Below are positions 11,041 through 22,901 of a stretch of 36,528 bases of DNA, one piece after another. A model generated the notes under the pieces. The model had not been told where the DNA came from and made no database searches. It was given only the letters and a program-made list of their open reading frames with translations. Origin of the DNA: Macrostomum lignano (Eukaryota); contig NIVC01004736.1 in the NCBI GenBank assembly GCA_002269645.1, forward strand, positions 1 to 36,528, written 5' to 3'. The stretch's first letter is position 1. Every line of letters begins with the position of its first letter. Made by a program: the position numbers and the translations under genes.

Positions 11041-11783
11041 TCTGCAAAGTGCCGGATTTTCTGAGAATTTTCCGGAATGAATCAAACTGCACAGGGTGGA
11101 CGCTGCATTGAGAAATTGTGCATCGCGCCGACGTCAAAGGTGGCTCCGCAGTAAAGTGATAATCCGGGATTTATGACTGTCCGCCGTCTGGATCAAATTC
11201 TGAGGACCCAAGTTAAAAATTTACAATCGCCGCGGCCGTATAAAATGCATTAAAAATGCCATTGCCAGTTGGCAAGCCAGTGGGATTTTGTCCTGCCCAA
11301 AGAGATAGGAAATCGCGATGCTATTAGGCTGACTTGCTTTTGCTCTGCGGGCAATCCTCCTCAGCAAGGCGGCAACTCACCTTGTCGGCGCCTGTGAGTC
11401 TATCGATGAAGAACGGGAGAGAGGCTGAGTGAGTGTGAGGAGCGGGCCGCGGACCGCCAACTCTGGCGGCAGGGAATTCAACTAAACTGCGTCCCCTGCT
11501 CCAGCATGCAGTGCGGACCCCGCGTCAGCCCTCCAAATAGAAATCCCTCGCCTACATCTCCTACAAATTGCGCGGGACAGCCAGGGACTTCTAGCGGGAA
11601 TGAACATCTGGACTAGAAACCTGTATAACGTTAACTTGAAAGTGGCATGGACCCGGGCACCGCCAAACAACTGATTTGCCAGGGGGGGGGCATGAGTCCA
11701 GCTTGACGGCAATATGTCAACTTGTTGACCTCCCATTTTCACTGAAGGGGAGGCAGCTGACCCCTTTGTCCTCCCCCGTTCAG

Positions 11784-12306
11784 CGGTTCCCTGCGCGGAG
11801 CCGAACCGCATTTTGCAGACTTTGCTAAGCTGATTTCTGATGCACAAAAATGTACAAGAATTCTTGCCGTCGGCCTCGGAGCCTGTCGGTCCGGATTCTA
11901 TCCAGTCCAGATGTCTGCGGAAGTCGCATTGCGCCAGCTCTTGGGTGGGTGGGGGGGAGGGAGCGGAGAAAAAACACGCAGACAGATGAGGTAGAGAAGC
12001 TGGAAGGAGTTTCACTAGCTGCCTCGCCCACCCCCAGCCAGCACAGGTCGCGGCCGCTGCGGCTTGCAATGCGAATTGCAGTGCAGAGAGTTTGGGGCAC
12101 AATGGAAGGAGGCACTGGGGGCAGGCGGGGATGCAGGGATGCCGGCTCTGGTTGGCTGTGGGCTGCCGGCAACCCAAGATACGCTTAATAAGGCCCGGCC
12201 TGAGGCGGGAGCTGAACTCCTAGACGGGCGACGCCTCATCTCAGCTCGACAGCTGCCAGCAGCAGTCGAATCAATCCTTCTTTGTGAGCAGCTCATCAAC
12301 GGCTAG
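11784..12306 (+). CDS. Putative last two exons of an unidentified spliced gene (11784-11944, 12047-12306)
   Basis: Acceptor CCCGTTCAG| at 11783, donor |GTGGGT at 11945 and acceptor GCACAG| at 12046 are phase-compatible. The joined frame is open (GSLRGAEPHFADFAKLISDAQKCTRILAVGLGACRSGFYP...RQLLGRGRCGLQCELQCREF...LING*). No family was recognised. Confidence 0.3.
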
Positions 12307-12454
12307 AGAACTCTGAGGGCGACTCCTGGCGCGGCCTGCCAAGGTAGGCGGAACAGAACTTCGAGTTTTCTATCAGGTAGTCTGTCAGGTAGTCCGTCAG
12401 GTAGTCCGTCAGGTAGTCATAAATATTATCTAAAAGTCTATCAGCGAGTACGTT

Positions 12455-13180
12455 AATGAGACTGTCAATAAGTCTGTCAGGGAGTGGGATTCTGTCAATG
12501 AGACTGTCAATAAGTCTGTCAGGGAGTCTGTCAATGAGACTGTCAATAAGTCTGTCAGGGAGTCTGTTACTGAGTCTGTTAGGGAGTGGGAGTCTGTCAG
12601 TGAGACCGTCAATAAGTCTGTCAGGGAGTGGGAGTCTGTCAATGAGACTGTCAATAAGTCTGTCAGTGAGTCTGTCAATGAGACTGTCAATGAGACTGTC
12701 AATAAGTCGTCAGGGAGTCTGTCAATAAGTCTGTCGATGAGACTGTCAATGAGACTGTCAATAAGTCTGTCAATGAGACTGTCAATGAGACTGTCAATGA
12801 GACTGTCAATGAGACTGTAAATAAGTCTGACAATGAGACTGTCAATAAGACTGTCAATAAGTCTGACAATGAGACTGTCAATAAGACTGTCAATAAGTCT
12901 GTCAGCGAGTCTGTCAGGGAGTCTGTCAATAAGACTGTCAATAAGTCTGTCAGGGAGTCTGTCAATGAGACTGTCAATAAGTCTGTCAGGGAGTCTGTCA
13001 ATGAGACTGTCAATAAGTCTGTCAGGGAGTCTGTCAATGAGACTGTCAATAAGTCTGTCAGGGAGTCTGTCAATGAGACTGTCAATAAGTCTGTCAGGGA
13101 GTCTGTCAATGAGACTGTCAATAAGTCTGTCAGGGAGTCTGTCAATGAGACTGTCAATAAGTCTGTCAGGGAGTCTGTCA
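12455..13180. repeat. 12-bp minisatellite family with 36-bp higher-order unit GTCTGTCAGGGA-GTCTGTCAATGA-GACTGTCAATAA
   Basis: Three variant 12-mers cycle regularly in 12900-13180. A related 12-mer (CAGGTAGTC[T/C]GT) runs at 12373-12418. Confidence 0.9.
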
Positions 13181-13479
13181 GAGAGTTGCACACCGTGGAT
13201 TGGGATAGGCTGACAACAGGCCAACAAAGGTTGACAACAAAGAGTATCTGGTCTCATCCTGTATCTCCAACTCAGGTATACCTAAAAGCCCATCATTTCA
13301 AAGTCCGAATCCTAGGTTTAAAAAAATTCATACCTCAAACTCGAATCCCAAAGACAATAATTGTCCGCAATCTAATTTTAAATCGCAAATCTAGAACCCA
13401 CTATTCCAAATCCCAAACCTAAATTATATGTCGTAACGGTTTAGTCTGGAATCCCAAATCTCAAATTTTAGAAACCAGA

Positions 13480-13992
13480 ATGTCGTCAAGCGGCGGCAGC
13501 AGCAGCGGGCGGCTCGCCAAGTCCTGGGAGCAGCTCGCGGCAGCCCGCGGCCTGCGCGAGGCCTGGTCAACGCCCAGGAAGCAGCCGTCGCTGCAGGAGC
13601 CGCACCAGCCGCAGCAGCATCAGAGCTTCTTCATCGGGGAGCCGAAGGCAACTCCCCGGGTCACCAGCCTCCGCTCAGAGCCGGAGGGTCCGCAGCAGCC
13701 TCAACAGGAGCGGGCAAAGCACAGCGTCAGGCGGCAGGCCAGCCAGCATGCCGCAGGCCCGGACTCCGCCTCGTCCTCGCCGCCTCTGCAGCAGTCGCTG
13801 ACGCGGTCCGAGCAGCGGCTGTCCGTGCAGCACCTCGCCGAGCAGCAGCGGCAGGGCCGGCTGGTGGAGCGCGAGCCCCGGCGCCTCTGCCTGCCCAGCA
13901 CCGGCTCAGACCACCAGCTGCCGGGTCGGCAGCGGCTGCGGCCGCAGGTGCTCAGCATCGACGAGTCGCTGAGACAGTCGGTTGACAACTGA
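13480..13992 (+). CDS. GC-rich ORF or exon encoding a low-complexity Q/S/R-rich, probably disordered 170-aa segment
   Basis: Sharp GC-rich island in an AT-rich repeat context, with coding-like codon use (CAG, GCC, CTG). An acceptor-like TTTTAGAAACCAG lies just upstream, so it may be an exon of a larger gene. Confidence 0.45.
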   Translation: MSSSGGSSSGRLAKSWEQLAAARGLREAWSTPRKQPSLQEPHQPQQHQSFFIGEPKATPRVTSLRSEPEGPQQPQQERAKHSVRRQASQHAAGPDSASSSPPLQQSLTRSEQRLSVQHLAEQQRQGRLVEREPRRLCLPSTGSDHQLPGRQRLRPQVLSIDESLRQSVDN

Positions 13993-14051
13993 TTGACAGC
14001 CAGAGGTTCCGTGAAAGCGAAATCCAGTCTGAAATCAAATTCGAACCCAAC

Positions 14052-14500
14052 AAATCCCACATTTTAGAATCCCAAAATCCAATCCCACATTTTTTTAGAA
14101 TCCCCAAATCCAATCCCACATTTTAGAATCTACAAAATCCAATCCCACATTTTAGAATCCCCAAAATCAAATCCCACATTTTATTAGAATCCCCAAATCG
14201 AGTCCCACATTTTAGAATCCCAAAATCGAGTCCCACATTTTAGAATCCCAAAATCCAATCCCAAATTTTAGAATCTACAAAATCCAATCCCACATTTTAG
14301 AATCCCCAAAATCAAATCCCACATTTTATTAGAATCCCCAAATCGAGTCCCACATTGTAGAATCCCAAAATCGAGTGCCACATTTTAGAATCCCAAAATC
14401 GAGTCCCACATTGTAGAATCCCAAAATCGAATGCCACATTTTAGAATCCCAAAATCTAATCCCACATTTTAGAATCCCTAAAATCGAATCCCCAAAATCC
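14052..14500. repeat. About 28-bp minisatellite CCCACATTTTAGAATCCCAAAATC(C/G)A(A/G)T with a 145-bp higher-order repeat
   Basis: Tandem array. The TACAAAATCC variant recurs at 14131 and 14276. Confidence 0.9.
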
Positions 14501-15429
14501 TATCGCAGCCTCAGCCGCAGCGCCTGAGGCTGCAGGTGACATTCTGACTCAGCCAGCTTCATGAGGGATCCTCATGAGTCGCACTGCTATTTCGCTCAAA
14601 TACTTTAACTACTTGCTTGTTAATCTCTGCTTTTTCCCGCTTTCTTTCACACGCTTTTTGCCCAGTTCAAGACTGTCAGATTTGCTGTGTTGCGCCGGCC
14701 AGACACACCGGCCAGTCCATGGAACAAAACTAAAGAAAATAAACACACAGTGCGCGGCTAGCATTCCAGTGCTTTCAAAACACTTGAAGAAACTTTGAGT
14801 TCATTCTTGATAGATTTGGTAGTTCCGGCAGCTCGAAGCAAAAAAATAACAAGTTGGAAAGTCGCACACAAGTACAGGACGAACTTATTTTAAGCGATTA
14901 GTCGATTTATTGATAAAAATCACAGCTTGGAAAAAATTACGCGTCAGACTACTTAGTAGATAAGTACGAGTAGAGCAGAGGGGAAATTATGTTTACCACG
15001 AAGTCAAAATTGTAAAGCAAGCAAGCGTTATTGTAAATAAAGACGAAATCACAATTGAATTCCCAAATTGAGGATCACAAATCGCAAAGGATCGCATTGA
15101 AGACGGTCAGAGCGCGGTAAAAAATGCCTGTGACAACAGATCGGACACAGAGGGAGCGAGCAGACAGTTACGAATCGGAGACATGAGGGGGAGATCAAGT
15201 CACAATGATGAAAGCTTAATACAGTACGGCAATAGCGTGAGGGGTCTGCCGCACATAGCAGTGGCCAAATTAGACCAGATTGCAGACTTTCAGAGCACCC
15301 GCAAGTGGAAATGCATCTTAGCATATGCAACCAGCACTAAAGTGTACTGAATGTGAGACGCGGAGTTGGGCGGTAAACCAAACCCAGCTTGACACAGATA
15401 ATTTAAATATTGACAGAGTGTAAAAATAG

Positions 15430-15852
<423 letters not shown>

Positions 15853-15980
15853 TAAGCAATAAAAACTGAACACAAGAGTCCAGCATAGCAACTAAAACCA
15901 GACAGGATCAATAGACAGTTGCTTGGTGAGCCACACAAAAACAATCACAAAACGACACGGCTAAAAACAAAGCAGGGGCT

Positions 15981-18900
15981 TCAGAGCTCCGCTGTCAAGG
16001 CGCCTGCATCAATGGCCAGTCGGCCAACACTCGGACAGGCCACGCTGCGTCCGGCCAGCTCGGACAGGCCGGGGCCGGACAGGTCGCACACGTGCCACAG
16101 CTCGCTGGCCGTGCTGTCCTCCAGCCCGATCTTGATGAGCAGCTGGCGCAGCCGGGAGTCCCGGCGGCCGGCCTCCAGCCACAGGCGGACCGGCCGGACA
16201 GGCAGGCAGGTGAGCAGCAGCCGACCAAAAAGCCGGCGGAGGTTGGCCGCGTTCAGCAGGGCGCAGCCGCGGGCCGGACAGCTCGGCCGAACCGCCTCCA
16301 AGTCGGCCTGGAAAGCGTTTAAGGGAAGCGTGCGAATCAGAGCTGAGCTGGGTACATAGTGCCAGCCAATCAGAGCTGAGCTGGGTACATAGTGCCAGCC
16401 AATCAGAGCTGAGCTGTGTACATAGTGCCAGCCAATCAGAGCTGAGCTGGGTACATAGTGCCAGCCCACCAGAGCTGAGTTGGGTACAGAGCCAGCCAAT
16501 CAGAGCTGAGTTGGGTACATAGTGCCAGCCAATCAGAGCTGGACTGGGTACATAGTGCCAGCCAATCAGAGCTGGACTGGGTAGATGGTGTGAGCCAATC
16601 AGAAATCTAGAAATCTCACCTGAGCCACAGGGCCGTCCCACATGCAGTAGGTCAGAGCGACGGTGCCCTGCAGGCGGCAGTCGCAGGCCGCGCAGGTCAG
16701 GGCGAACCGCCGCCCAGTCTCCAGCTTGCCCGACAGCCGGCCGCCGCAGTCCCGCAGCTCCAGGTGGAGGCCGGCGGGCAGCGGCCGGCGACCCGCCTGC
16801 AGAGTTGAAGTGATAAACTTCGGCGGCCACAGCTCGAAGAAGCCGATGTTCTCCGTCTCGGTTAGAAAATCGAACCCCAGACGTCTGTAGCAGTTCACGG
16901 CTGGCGCGTTGCTGTGCTGCACCAACAGCTTCAGGTGGCCGAAGCCGGAGGAGGCGGCGAGGCGGCCCAGCGTGGCCAGCAGCGACTGGCCGACCTGCGG
17001 GAGGGCCGGTGCGGGTCTGGTTGGTTGTATGGGATATTTATGGCTTCTTAATATGCCCCGTGCTACCGTGGGGTTCAGTGGGGTATTTTGGGATGCAGTG
17101 GGGTATTATGGAATGCAGTGGGGTATTCTGGGGTGCAGTGGGGTATTTTGGGGTGCAGTGGGGTATTATGGAATGCAGTGGGGTATTATGGAATGCAGTG
17201 GGGTATTCTGGGGTGCAGTGGGGTATTTTGGGGTGCAGTGGGGTATTATGGAATGCAGTGGGGTATTATGGAATGCAGTGGGGTATTATGGGGTGCAGTG
17301 GGGTATTATGGAATGCAGTGGGGTATTTTGGGATGCAGTGGGGTATTATGGGGTGCAGTGGGGTATTATGGGGTGCAGTAAGGTATTATGGAATGCAGTG
17401 GGGTATTTTGGGATGCAGTGGGGTATTATGGAATGCAGTGGGGTATTATGGGGTGCAGTGGGGTATTATGGGGTGCAGTGGGGTAATATGGGGTGCAGTG
17501 GGGTATTATGGAATGCAGTGGGGTATTATGGGGTGCAGTGGGGTATTATGGGGTGCAGTGGGGTAATATGGGGTGCAGTGGGGTAATATGGGGTGCAGTG
17601 GGGTAATATGGGGTGCAGTGGGGTATTATGGAATGCAGTGGGGTATTCTGGGGTGCAGTGGGGTATTATGGGGTGCAGTGGGGTATTATGGAATGCAGTG
17701 GGGTATTATGGAATGCAGTGGGGTATTATGGAATGCAGTGGGGTATTTTGGGATGCAGTGGGGTATTATGGAATGCAGTGGGGTATTATGGAATGCAGTG
17801 GGGTATTATGGGGTGCAGTAAGGTATTATGGAATGCAGTGGGGTATTTTGGGATGCAGTGGGGTATTATGGGGTGCAGTGGGGTATTATGGGGTGCAGTG
17901 GGGTAATATGGGGTGCAGTGGGGTATTATGGAATGCAGTGGGGTATTATGGGGTGCAGTGGGGTATTATGGAATGCAGTGGGGTATTATGGAATGCAGTG
18001 GGGTATTTTGGGATGCAGTGGGGTATTATGGAATGCAGTGGGGTATTATGGAATGCAGTGGGGTATTATGGGGTGCAGTAAGGTATTATGGAATGCAGTG
18101 GGGTATTTTGGGATGCAGTGGGGTATTATGGGGTGCAGTGGGGTATTATGGGGTGCAGTGGGGTAATATGGGGTGCAGTGGGGTATTATGGAATGCAGTG
18201 GGGTATTATGGGGTGCAGTGGGGTATTATGGGGTGCAGTGGGGTAATATGGGGTGCAGTGGGGTATTATGGAATGCAGTGGGGTATTATGGGGTGCAGTA
18301 AGGTATTATGGAATGCAGTGGGGTATTTTGGGATGCAGTGGGGTATTATGGAATGCAGTGGGGTATTCTGGGGTGCAGTGGGGTATTATGGGGTGCAGTG
18401 GGGTAATATGGGGTGCAGTGGGGTAATATGGGGTGCAGTGGGGTATTATGGAATGCAGTGGGGTATTATGGGGTGCAGTGGGGTATTATGGGGTGCAGTG
18501 GGGTATTATGGAATGCAGTGGGATATTATGGAATGCAGTGGGGTATTATGGGGTGCAGTGGGGTAATATGAGATGCTGTTTCTTACAGTAAAATGTGGGA
18601 TATCCTGGGGTCGCAGCGAATTTATGCCACAGCCCCAAATAGAAGTTCATTCACAGTGCATTCACAGTGCATTCACAGTGCATTCACAGTGCATTCACAG
18701 TGCATTCACAGTGCATTCACAGTGCATTCACAGTGCATTCACAGTGCAATCACACAGAGGGACGCCTCACCTGGTGCCTGCGGTACAGCGGCTCAACGTA
18801 CAGGCTCTGTACGTAGAAGCCCGGCTCAGCGTGCCGCAGCAGGTAGGAGGGGGTGTACAGCAGGTATCCGATGACGCGGCCCTCGGCCTCGGCAACCATA

Positions 18901-19094
18901 ATCCTGAACAGGCCGTCCATGAGCATCTGGCGGTGCGCCTCGCTGCCCAGCCTGCAGTACTGCAGCATGTTTTCGTGACACTTGGCCAGCTCTTTCTCGT
19001 GGCAGGTCACCTGGTACATGTCATCCGGCGTGCCGTAGCGGATCACCACGGTGGCGGTGGAGGATTCGGGCTTCATGGCTGCTGGCAGCTGCAT
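15981..19094 (-). CDS. Tandem double-GNAT SSAT-like acetyltransferase, copy D (3 exons, about 335-341 aa)
   Basis: Exons 19094 (or 19076)-18771, 16994-16620 and 16307-15981, all phase 0. Junctions are CAG|GTGAGG, CCGCAG|GTC, CAG|GTGAGA and TTTCCAG|GCC. Motifs: IRYGTPDD, VIGYLLY, FYVQSLYVEPLYRRHQ|VGQSLL, SNAPAVNCYRRLGF, and in the second domain CDCRL..YCMWDG..ADL..ELW. Confidence 0.85.
16335..16602. repeat. 33-bp minisatellite in intron 2 of copy D (about 8 copies), each full unit with AGCCAATCAG
   Basis: Unit AATCAGAGCTGAGCTGGGTACATAGTGCCAGCC. Confidence 0.9.
17068..18571. repeat. 20-bp minisatellite GGGGTATTATGG(AA/GG)TGCAGT (about 75 copies) in intron 1 of copy D
   Basis: Long tandem array with recurrent variants (AAGG, TTTT, AATA). 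Confidence 0.95.
18648..18748. repeat. 11-bp repeat TTCACAGTGCA (about 9 copies) in intron 1 of copy D
   Basis: Perfect tandem array. Confidence 0.95.
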
Positions 19095-19130
19095 GAATTC
19101 GGGGTGGCGGTGAAATATATGGCTGCTGCT

Positions 19131-19373
<243 letters not shown>

Positions 19374-19746
19374 GCCTACACTTACTGCCCACTAAAGCTT
19401 TACGAAAAAGTAAAAATAAAAGGATACCAAAGAAACAAATCGGGATAAAAAAACAGATAAAAAGGTGAATTAAAAAATCTAATTCATTCTGTAATCATTG
19501 TCAAGAAAAATCTGCTCAAAGGAATGATCTCAGGATTATCGAGCGAATAAAAAAACTGGTTGGAAAAGCACTTGATGAACTGTAAACGAAGACAGCTGGC
19601 TTGATTGAAGTAAAGGTAAAACACATCGCAATCGCAAATCGCAATACAGTAAGAAAGTCGCAATACAAATTAATTATGAAGAAATATGGACAGTGCAAGT
19701 CTGTAGTAGCTGCAAGCTTTCAGTATTAAAGCCTGTGTCACAGAAA

Positions 19747-20024
19747 GACAGTATTACAGACTGACAGTATTATTACAGACTGACAGTATTACAGACTGAC
19801 AGTATTATTACAGACTGACAGTATTACAGACTGACAGTGTTACAGACAGACAGTATTACAGACTGACAGTATTACAGACAGACAGTATTACAGACTGACA
19901 GTATTACAGACTGACAGTATTACAGACTGACAGTATTACAGACTGACAGTATTACAGACAGACAGTATTACAGACTGACAGTATTACAGACAGACAGTAT
20001 TACGGACTGACAGTATTACAGACT
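19747..20024. repeat. 16-bp minisatellite ACAGAC(T/A)GACAGTATT (about 17 copies)
   Basis: Tandem array ending 2 nt from the stop codon of copy C. Confidence 0.95.
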
Positions 20025-20026
20025 GG

Positions 20027-21134
20027 CTACACGGCAACCAGGATGTTGCTGTCGACCTGCCGCTCCGCCAGGCCGCAGAGCTGGGCGCCCCGCAGCGCGC
20101 AGACGACCCAGTCTCCGTCGTGGCGGCCGTCCAAGTCCTCCAGTCCGGTGTGCAGCAGCATCCGGTGCAGCTCGGTCTGCTGCCGAGGCGCCTCCAGCCA
20201 AAGCCGCCTTGGCGACGCAGCCAGGCTGAGTGCCAGGCGGCCCAGCAGCCGCTTCAGATTGGCGACGCTCAGCAGCTGGCAGGGCCGCTGGGCGCAGGCG
20301 GGCCGCACCAGCCGCAGGTCGGCCAGCATGATGCAGCCGTCCCACATGCAGTAGGTGAGCGCCGCGGTGCCCTGAAGGCGGCAGTCGCAGGCCGCGCAGG
20401 TCAGGGCGAACCGCCGCCCGGCCTCCAGCCCGCCCGACAGCCGGCCGTCGCAGTCCCGCAGCTCCAGGCTGAGGCCGGCGGGCAGCGGCCGGCGACCCGC
20501 CCGAAGCATCGAGTTCACGAACTTGGCCGGCCACAGCTCGAAGAAGCCGATGTTCTCCGTATCGCTCAGGAATTCGAACCCCAGACGTCTGTAGCAGTTC
20601 ACGGCCGGCGCGTTGCTGCGCTGCACCAGCAGCTTCAGGTGGCCGAAGCCGGAGGAGGCGGCGAGGCGGCCCAGCGTGGCCAGCAGCGACTGGCCGACCT
20701 GCGGCAGGTGGGGATGTAGATGGATGATGAGGCTCAGGATTAAATAATTCCCATTTGCAATCAGTGACAACTCGCAGCATCCCTGACCCGGTACTCACCC
20801 GGTGTCTCCGGTAAGCCCCGTCAACAAAGAGGCTCTGCACGTAGAGGCCTGGCAGGTCCTGCTGGGACACGTGAGACACGGTGTACAGGACGAAGCCCAC
20901 AATCCGGCCGGTTGCCATAGCAACCGCGACCAGCAGCCTGAGCAGGCCGGCCAGCATCATGAGGCGGTGCTCGACGGCGCTGCAGCGGCTGTACAGCTGC
21001 ATGCCGTCATGGCAGGCTGCCAGCTCCTCCTCCAGCTCGGCGGCCTCCAGGAGGTCCTCCGGGGCGCCCTGCCTGATGAGCAGCGCTGGCTGGGCCGGCT
21101 GGCCGCAACTGCCAGTCACCATGGCAACAGACAT
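20027..21134 (-). CDS. Tandem double-GNAT SSAT-like acetyltransferase, copy C (2 exons, 335 aa)
   Basis: Exons 21134-20799 and 20698-20027 with a 100-nt phase-0 intron (CGG|GTGAGT ... CCGCAG|GTC). Motifs: IRQGAPED, IVGFVLY, LYVQSLFVDGAYRRHR|VGQSLL, AVNCYRRLGF, and in the second domain YCMWDGCIMLADL, GDW. Confidence 0.88.
20911..20924. promoter_or_regulatory. RFX X-box-like motif GTTGCCATAGCAAC within exon 1 of copy C
   Basis: Matches the RFX consensus GTNRCC-N(0-3)-RGYAAC. Binding is untested. Confidence 0.4.
21115..21128. promoter_or_regulatory. RFX X-box-like motif GTCACCATGGCAAC at the start of copy C
   Basis: Consensus match centred on the second in-frame ATG (21122-21120). Confidence 0.45.
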
Positions 21135-21295
21135 TTTGCTGGAAAAGTTTTAGGGCAACGGATGCAGAAACGAATGAAAAGTTTTAGCCAGTAAATTTTT
21201 TAAAGCAAAATCTGGCCTAAATTTCACTGATCAGGTGCTCAAGATGTGTTCTGACAAGATCCTTTGAAAGCTGCATCCAAGACCCCGAAATATCA

Positions 21296-21604
21296 TACCA
21301 AAATATCCCACAATCTCCCTAAAGATCCCACAATCTCACTTCCTAAGGATCCCACAATTTCACTAAAAGATCCCACAATCTCACCCTAAAATATACCACA
21401 ATCTCACCCTAAAAGATCCCACAATCTCACCCTAAAAGATCCCACAATCTCACACTAAAAGATCCCACAATCTCACTGAAAAGATCCCACAATCTCACCC
21501 TAAAAGATCCCACAATCTCACCCTAAAAGATCCCACAATCTCACCCTAAAATATACCACAATCTCACCCTAAAAGATCCCACAATCTCACCCTAAAAGAT
21601 CCCG
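21296..21604. repeat. 23-bp minisatellite AAGATCCCACAATCTCACCCTAA (about 13 copies)
   Basis: Tandem array between copies B and C. Confidence 0.9.
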
Positions 21605-22356
21605 CACGACACCAGAGAGAACTGTAAAACATTGGCATAGCAGTGAAAATGATACAATCACTTGAGCAGACAAAAACACGAACGACAAACTGCAGTTTGC
21701 CACGCCTGTGTGGATAACATATCTAATGATATTTGATACAATAAAGCGATGCACTCAGCTAAAAAATATTACAATTTTCTAAGCTAATCAGACAAGTAAA
21801 TTTATTGCACAGCGCAGGATTTGTACTGCTTATGGTAATAAAATCTAATCAAAATAAAAGTACATCCGATTGGGGACAACGGGATAGTTGAATTGTTAAC
21901 AGTTGCATCAGACAGGTAGCAGGAAATTTATTTGGACAAAAGGCGGTTCCGCGAGCCCCGCGTCACTCTGCTTTCCCAATTCTGAGCTGCTTCTCAGACT
22001 CTGCACTTGAGGGCAAACAAAAGAATTTCTTACCGGTGCGGGGTAGGGGATTGAGACTTGGCAGTAGGATATAGCAGCAAGGTGTGGGATCTGGTCGCTA
22101 GCAATACGTACAATCAGTGTATATATATACTGTACAAAAGTACAAAAGCATTTTGAAGGGTTGCAATGTCCCGCAATCAAAGATGGAGAGCAGAGAGGCT
22201 AAAAAAGGTTTGCAAAAGAGTTTCTCTCACAACTTGAAATACAAAAAATATTGCCATTGCGTGAAAGAGCGTTCGATAGATAAAATCAGTACAACCAGAT
22301 TATAAACGCTGGGTTTAGTGCAAACTGCAAACAATACTGCAAATAAACTCAGCATC

Positions 22357-22901
22357 ACTGCTGAGCACACTACTGAGCACACTGCTGAGCACACGGCTGA
22401 GCACAGTGCTGAGCACACTGCTGAGCACACTGATGAGCACAGTGCTGAGCACACTACTGAGTACACTGCTGAGCACACTACTGAGCACACTACTGAGCAC
22501 ACTACTGAGCACACTGCTGAGCACACGGCTGAGCACAGTGCTGAGCACACTGCTGAGCACACTGATGAGCACAGTGCTGAGCACACTACTGAGTACACTG
22601 CTGAGCACACTGCTGAGCACACTACTGAGCACACTGCTGAGCACACTACTGAGCACACTGCTGAGCACACTGCTGAGCACACTACTAAGCACACTGCTGA
22701 GCACACTGCTGAGCACACTACTAAGCACACTGCTGAGCACACTGCTGAGCACACTGCTGAGCACACTACTAAGCACACTGCTGAGCACACTGCTGAGCAA
22801 ACTACTGAGCACACTGCTGAGCACACTGCTGAGCACACTACTGAGCACACTGCTGAGCACACTGCTGAGCACACTGCTGAGCACACTGCTGAGCACACTA
22901 C
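22357..22901. repeat. 12-bp minisatellite ACT(G/A)CTGAGCAC (about 45 copies)
   Basis: Tandem array whose last unit overlaps the TAG stop of copy B. Confidence 0.95.

Noticed and set aside
14505-14533. 10-bp stem hairpin GCAGCCTCAG/CTGAGGCTGC as a terminator
   Set aside because: There is no U-tract and the context is eukaryotic. It could be chance or an element end, which I cannot support.
20016-21134. 372-aa single-exon ORF from the track
   Set aside because: It reads through the 100-nt intron into the wrong frame. The spliced model restores homology with the paralogs.
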